Origin: the human T2T-CHM13v2.0 reference genome, Homo sapiens
DNA length: 64,000 bases
Reading direction: 5' to 3' (one strand)
Assembly: GCF_009914755.1 (NCBI RefSeq)
Contig: NC_060947.1
The notes beneath the pieces were generated by a model. That model saw only the letters and a list, made by a program, of their open reading frames with translations. It made no database searches and was not told where the DNA came from. Shown here piece by piece: positions 59,081 to 64,000 of this stretch. The stretch's first letter is position 1; each line of letters begins with the position of its first letter. A program made the position numbers and the translations under genes.

Positions 59081-61604
59081 CCCTTGCCAATATTAACTAC
59101 CAAAGAGAGCTACTGTCTATTGAAAATCCAGTAAGTGGCAGACCCTGTGGAAGTGCTCCACATGCATTATCTCCTTGAATCCTTGCATCAGCCCTGAAGG
59201 GTATGTATTTTCATCCCTATTCTACAGATGAGAAAACTGAGGCTCAGATAAATCAAGTGACTTTCCCAAAGTTACACAGCTTGGAAGTGGCAGAGATAGG
59301 GTTTGAACTCAGACCAGGCTGACTCCCAACCCCCATTTTTTTCCATTCTTGCAAACAGCCTCCCTGTGGTGTGGCAGACCCCAGAGGATGTCTGTCCCCC
59401 CACAGAGAGAGGACTGCAACACAGCACCTGAAGTGATAGCAAAAATCACTCTCTGGGCACAGCTCTTTAACATATCCGAAGCACTTACCTGCCCACCACA
59501 GGCCTGGTAAACAGGCAGGGCAAGGACCTGGATCCCTGTTGAAGCTGGTGAGGACTGAGAGCTGTTGGGGTGGGTGTGAGGGCACGCAGAGGGTAGAGGA
59601 AGGCCCTGGCCTGGATTCACCAAGGGATGGCCCATGACCCAGGAGCTATTCCTCATCTCTGTATGCTCAGGAATCCTCCAAGGTTGCAGACTCAGGGCCA
59701 CTGAATGTCACTGGCCCAAAGCCCAAGATGCTGAGGTCTCAACCAAAGGACCCATTTTATGCACTGGGGGCAGGACAGCAAGCCAGCAAGAAGCCCCTGT
59801 GTTCTCACTGGCTTCTTACCATGAGGTAAGCCCTCAGCCTCAGCAGAGAGAGCCTGTTGCTTCTGGCAGCTCTGTGGTCCAGGGCTGCTGTGTCCCAGCC
59901 AAGCCTAGAGACTTCCTCACACCTTCTGGCTCCCTGATTATGCCCATTCCTTTTCCTGACTAGGCCCATAACAACCTGTTTTCACACAGTGCATAAGACG
60001 ATAAACATGTGCTACTCTCTTGGGTCTTTCCTGGGTCTCCTAACGGGACCATGGATCTGTTGGGTATCTGAGAGACAGGTTTCTGGGGTCGGAGATTCCC
60101 CTAGAATTGTAGGTAAAACCATAGGGGGATGTGACATTTTAGAAATGGCTATTCGTAGCTTTTACTATTCATCTACTGATTTAACAAATATTGATTGAAT
60201 GCTTATTTTGTGTGGGGCACTGAGTTGGGCACTAGGAGTACAGTGATGAGCGAAACAGAGATCCCTGCCTCCAGGAAGCTTCCAGTCTAGGGAGCAGTCA
60301 GTGAACAAGTAAGCAAACCAATAATATCTACACGTAAGGACAGATAGTGATGCTGGGTTCTGTCTAGTCCAGTGTCATTCACTACATAAACAGGCACTGC
60401 TAACATTTTTGAAGGGATGCCTGAGTGAGGGCCAGGGTGAGGGAGGGGCAGGGCCTGCCAAAGGTCAGACCCCCAAAACAGACCCTCAGGCTTCAGGGCA
60501 TGCATGTGGACCATCGCATGCATGAACTGTTTAAGTGGGCATGGAGCTAATCAACAGAGCTGCAGAAGAGAATGACCACCTTGGGCCTGGCATGTTTTTT
60601 GGTGACCAAAAAAGCCACCCCCACCTCCATTCCTATACTGAGCTTATCCATTTCCAACACAGATTGCTCATGGGGGAACCTCACCCCACACCCCTCTTAC
60701 CCCAAAGGCAGCCGTTCTCCCTCTAGCCTGCTGGGTGGGCTCTGGACCTTCCTTGGGCCTCACTCCTGAGAAGGTCCAGCTGGTGGGTCCAGCTGGGGAT
60801 TTCAAGGACGATGGGGCCCATCTGGAGGGAGCTTGGAGTGAGCCAGAGGGGCCAGTAGGGAGGAAAAGCCCCTTGGGAACAGAAGACTGGGCTGGGAGGA
60901 CTCTCTCAGAATGATGCAAAGAAGAAAAGGAAAGGCCAGGAACCTGGGCTGGCATTCATGAGCGCATTCTGAGGCCTGAAAGAACTCTGAGAGGTCACCT
61001 TCACTCATCCCACCTTCATCTAGGATGCACTTCCACTGTATCTGAATCTATGTCAGTGTGCAGTTTCTAAAGACTCCTGGCTGGCGAGTGAGCCCTCTCC
61101 CTGCCCACTGTGCCTTAGCACTCTTCTCTTTCTTCTCTGGTGGCTCCTGTGGCCCAGACACCAGGCACTGTGTGGGGAAAGGTAAAGAGTGGATCCACAG
61201 CTGAAGAAGTCCTCTCTCTGTTCTAGAGGACTTCAGTCTCATGCAGGAGACAAAGCCTAAAGAATTTTCTTGGATACAATGTGGTCAGTGCTTTCGGTCT
61301 TCTGATGAGGGAGAATTATGTCTGTGGAGGGTGGGGTGAGGGGACCAGCAGGGAGAGTAAGGAAAGGCCTCCCAGAGGAGGCATCAAGAAGAAGTGAGAG
61401 GCTCTATGGGCAGAAGGCCATCCCAAGCTTCCAGAGAGCTGCCTGCTCTGGTCAAATCCCCATTCAGATGTTCAAGTCCCGTATACCATGTTTCAGCCAA
61501 ATGCTTGCCCAGCCTCTCCTTTCCCACTTCCCGAAGCAGGGAGCTCATTCCCTCTCAGGACAGAGATCATTTCAGGACAGGCCTAACTCTAAGAAGTTGC
61601 TTCC

Positions 61605-61908
61605 TTTTTTTTTTTTTTTTCTTTTTGAGATGGAGTCTCACTCTGTTGCCCAGGCTTGAGTGCAGTGGCACAATCTCGGCTCACTACAACCTCCGCCTCC
61701 TGGGTTCAAGCAATTCTCCTGTCTCAGCCTCCCAAGTAGCTGAGACTACAGAGGCATGCCACCACACCAGGCTAATTTTTGTATTTTCAGTAGAGACGGG
61801 GTTTCACCACGTTGGTCAGGCTGGTCTCAAACTCCTGACCTCAGGTGATCCACCTGCCTCAGCCTCTCAAAGTGCTGGGATTACAGGCGTAAGCCACAGT
61901 GCCCGGCC
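61605..61908 (-). mobile_element. Alu (AluSx-like), exonized
   Basis: Full antisense Alu; TSD-like aagttgcttcct / aagttgctttct. Confidence 0.92.
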
Positions 61909-62908
61909 CAAAAGTTGCTTTCTCCAACTTTTGGGCTGAACTCTGTCTCTTTGTGGCTTCCATCCATTGGTCACAGTGCTGCCTCTGGGGGCCACCTAAG
62001 CTCTGTCTTCTCCCTCTGCCCTCCAACAGCTTCTTAGAGGTCTGAAGCATCACCATAGCCATAACCCCTGAGTCTTCTCCAAGCAAAACAACTCCACTTC
62101 CTTCAACTGTTCTTCATGAGACCAGGGCCCCTGCTTTCTCCACAGCATGCTTTTGCCTCCCTGGTCATGCTCCAGTGTGACTCTGGTACCCTTAATATGT
62201 GGCACACAGAGCTGACACCATATTCCAGGGCAGTCTGTCACCTCCTTGTTCTTGAAACTTTACTTCTATACTGCCTACAGATGCAGCTGAAGGTTCCATG
62301 GATGTATTTGGTCAGACCATGCATATGACAGTCACCTCCTCACCTCTGCTCCTTGCCCTCTCACCTGGTTCCCCCTTGCCAGCCTACATTTGAGGACTGG
62401 ATCCAAGAGCAAGACCTAACATTTCTCCCTGTCGTATTTACTTTGTAAGCTTCAGCCCCTCCTTCTAGTCTGTCAGGAATGGGAATGTTTTTGAAAACAG
62501 ACTCTGAAAGCCAATGAGATGTGCTCCTCCTGCCCACAGTTGGACCCAGGCTCCATATTTGATCAGTGAACAGCCACGTCCGCACATGTGCCACAAGGCA
62601 TTTGTCTGCAAATTCATCCGGAGACCTTGACAGATGCCTGGAGGTCAGAAATCAGCCTCCTCTATGCTGCCATGTGGCCCCAGGAGCCTGAAGGAAACAC
62701 CAAGTACATCTAGAAGTTGATGGTTGACCGATGGGAGAGGGGGCAAGATGCCAGTCACTCAGTCAGCCAACCTTTCCTGAAGATTGTTGGAGGCTCCAAG
62801 TGACATAGGGGATAATGCAGAGAACATTCAGAGACATCATCTACTGCCTGTGCGCTCTGGAAGTTTCTAGTCTCACAAAAAGGAAGACCAGGGAGGCCCT
62901 TAAGAAAA

Positions 62909-63348
62909 TATAGCAGGCTGAATAATATCCCCCAAAGATATCAGGTCCTAATCCCTGGAACCTGTAAAAGTTACCTGATTTGGAAAAATGATCTTGGCAG
63001 ATGTGATCAAGTTAAGGGTTTCTAAATGCAATCACATAAGAGGGAGGCAGAGGAGACTTGAAACAGATGGAAAAAGAAAAGAAAAGACCACGTGACCATA
63101 GAGGCAGAGATTGGAGTGAAGTGGCTACAAGCCAAGGAATGCTGGCAGCCACAGAAGCTGGAAAAGACAAGGACCAGATTCTCCCTTAGAGCCTCTGGAA
63201 GGAGCATGGCCCCATCAACACCTTGATTTTGGCCCAGTGATACTGGCTTTAGACGTCTAGCCTCCAGATCCGTGAGAGAATACATTTTTGTTTTCTTCAG
63301 CCACCAAGTTTGTGGTCATTGTTACAGAAGCCACAGGAAACCGAGATA
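62909..63348 (+). mobile_element. MLT1 (MLT1D-like) MaLR solo LTR
   Basis: cccaaagatatcaggtcctaatccctggaacctgt...gaggcagagattggagtga...ccaccaagtttgtggt. Confidence 0.85.
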
Positions 63349-64000
63349 GGTAATGAGGGAGGTCCACAGGCAGGTGAGGGGCCTGGACCACGACCAAGGT
63401 GGGCCAGGCAACTGATGGCCATAAATCTTAGGCAAGGCTTCCTGGAAGAGGCTGGAGCTGGGATCTCAAGAGTGATAGAGGAGGGGGCTTGGCAGAGGGA
63501 AGAGACAGGGCTCCCTGGGCTGTGACAATTGAGCAGATCAGGCCTGGTGTGGCCAGAGATCACTGAGACTGCAGAAGTGAAGGGGGGTGGTGTGTATGTG
63601 AAAAGGCCACATCCTGCCAAGTTGCCACTTTACGTCCTTCCCAGGGGAAAATGAGCAGAACCCTGCGTCGCCAGCAGGGTGGCCCTTGGTCATCCTGCAA
63701 AAAGCCAAGATGTGGGGTCAGACAGACCTGGTTCTAGCACCACCACATACTGGTGCCTGCTGCCTCCCTGAGCCTCAGTCTCCCCATCAGCAAAATGGGG
63801 ATGATAATATTGGTATAATTTCTAAGGATACTTTCTCATTTTCCAGCTTTCCCTTGTTGTCGCATTTCTTCTTTAAGCTAGATGTTCACAGGCAAGAGGA
63901 GGGCTGCTGCTTTTAAATGAAGGGATGCCAGGGCGGCATGGAAATGCCAAGACCCCCCTCCTCGGGATGAGGTGGGGGTTGGGCAAAACAGTAGCTGGCT

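Larger units (their letters stand above)
57758..61939 (+). other. LINC00269: Spliced putative 174-aa ORF: join(57758..57835,58269..58405,61630..61939), mostly Alu-derived
   Basis: Junctions CAG|GTACC, GAGACAG|GGT, GCCAG|GTAAC, TTTGAG|ATGG. 78+137+310 = 525 nt, open throughout. Translation is doubtful. Confidence 0.7.

Overview
Human (or great-ape) DNA matching Xq13.1. The only confident protein-coding gene is PJA1 (minus strand), a RING-H2 E3 ligase with an intronless 643-aa CDS, a non-coding exon 1 in a CpG island, alternative acceptors and an in-frame exitron. This copy carries N432 and D606. Also present are a processed HMGN1 pseudogene with target-site duplications, and the plus-strand LINC00269/CXorf62 locus. 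In that locus a 174-codon ORF can be rebuilt from one unique exon plus two exonized antisense Alus, with a candidate RFX/CCAAT promoter and an LTR-derived 3' end. There is an orphan CpG island at about 3.3-3.7 kb. The rest is mostly Alu, L1, L2, MIR, MaLR LTR, hAT fossils and microsatellites. I see no clearly new biological system; the best leads are splicing and TE-exaptation features. Gene, SNP and repeat-subfamily names are from recall, not database searches, and old-repeat boundaries are approximate.
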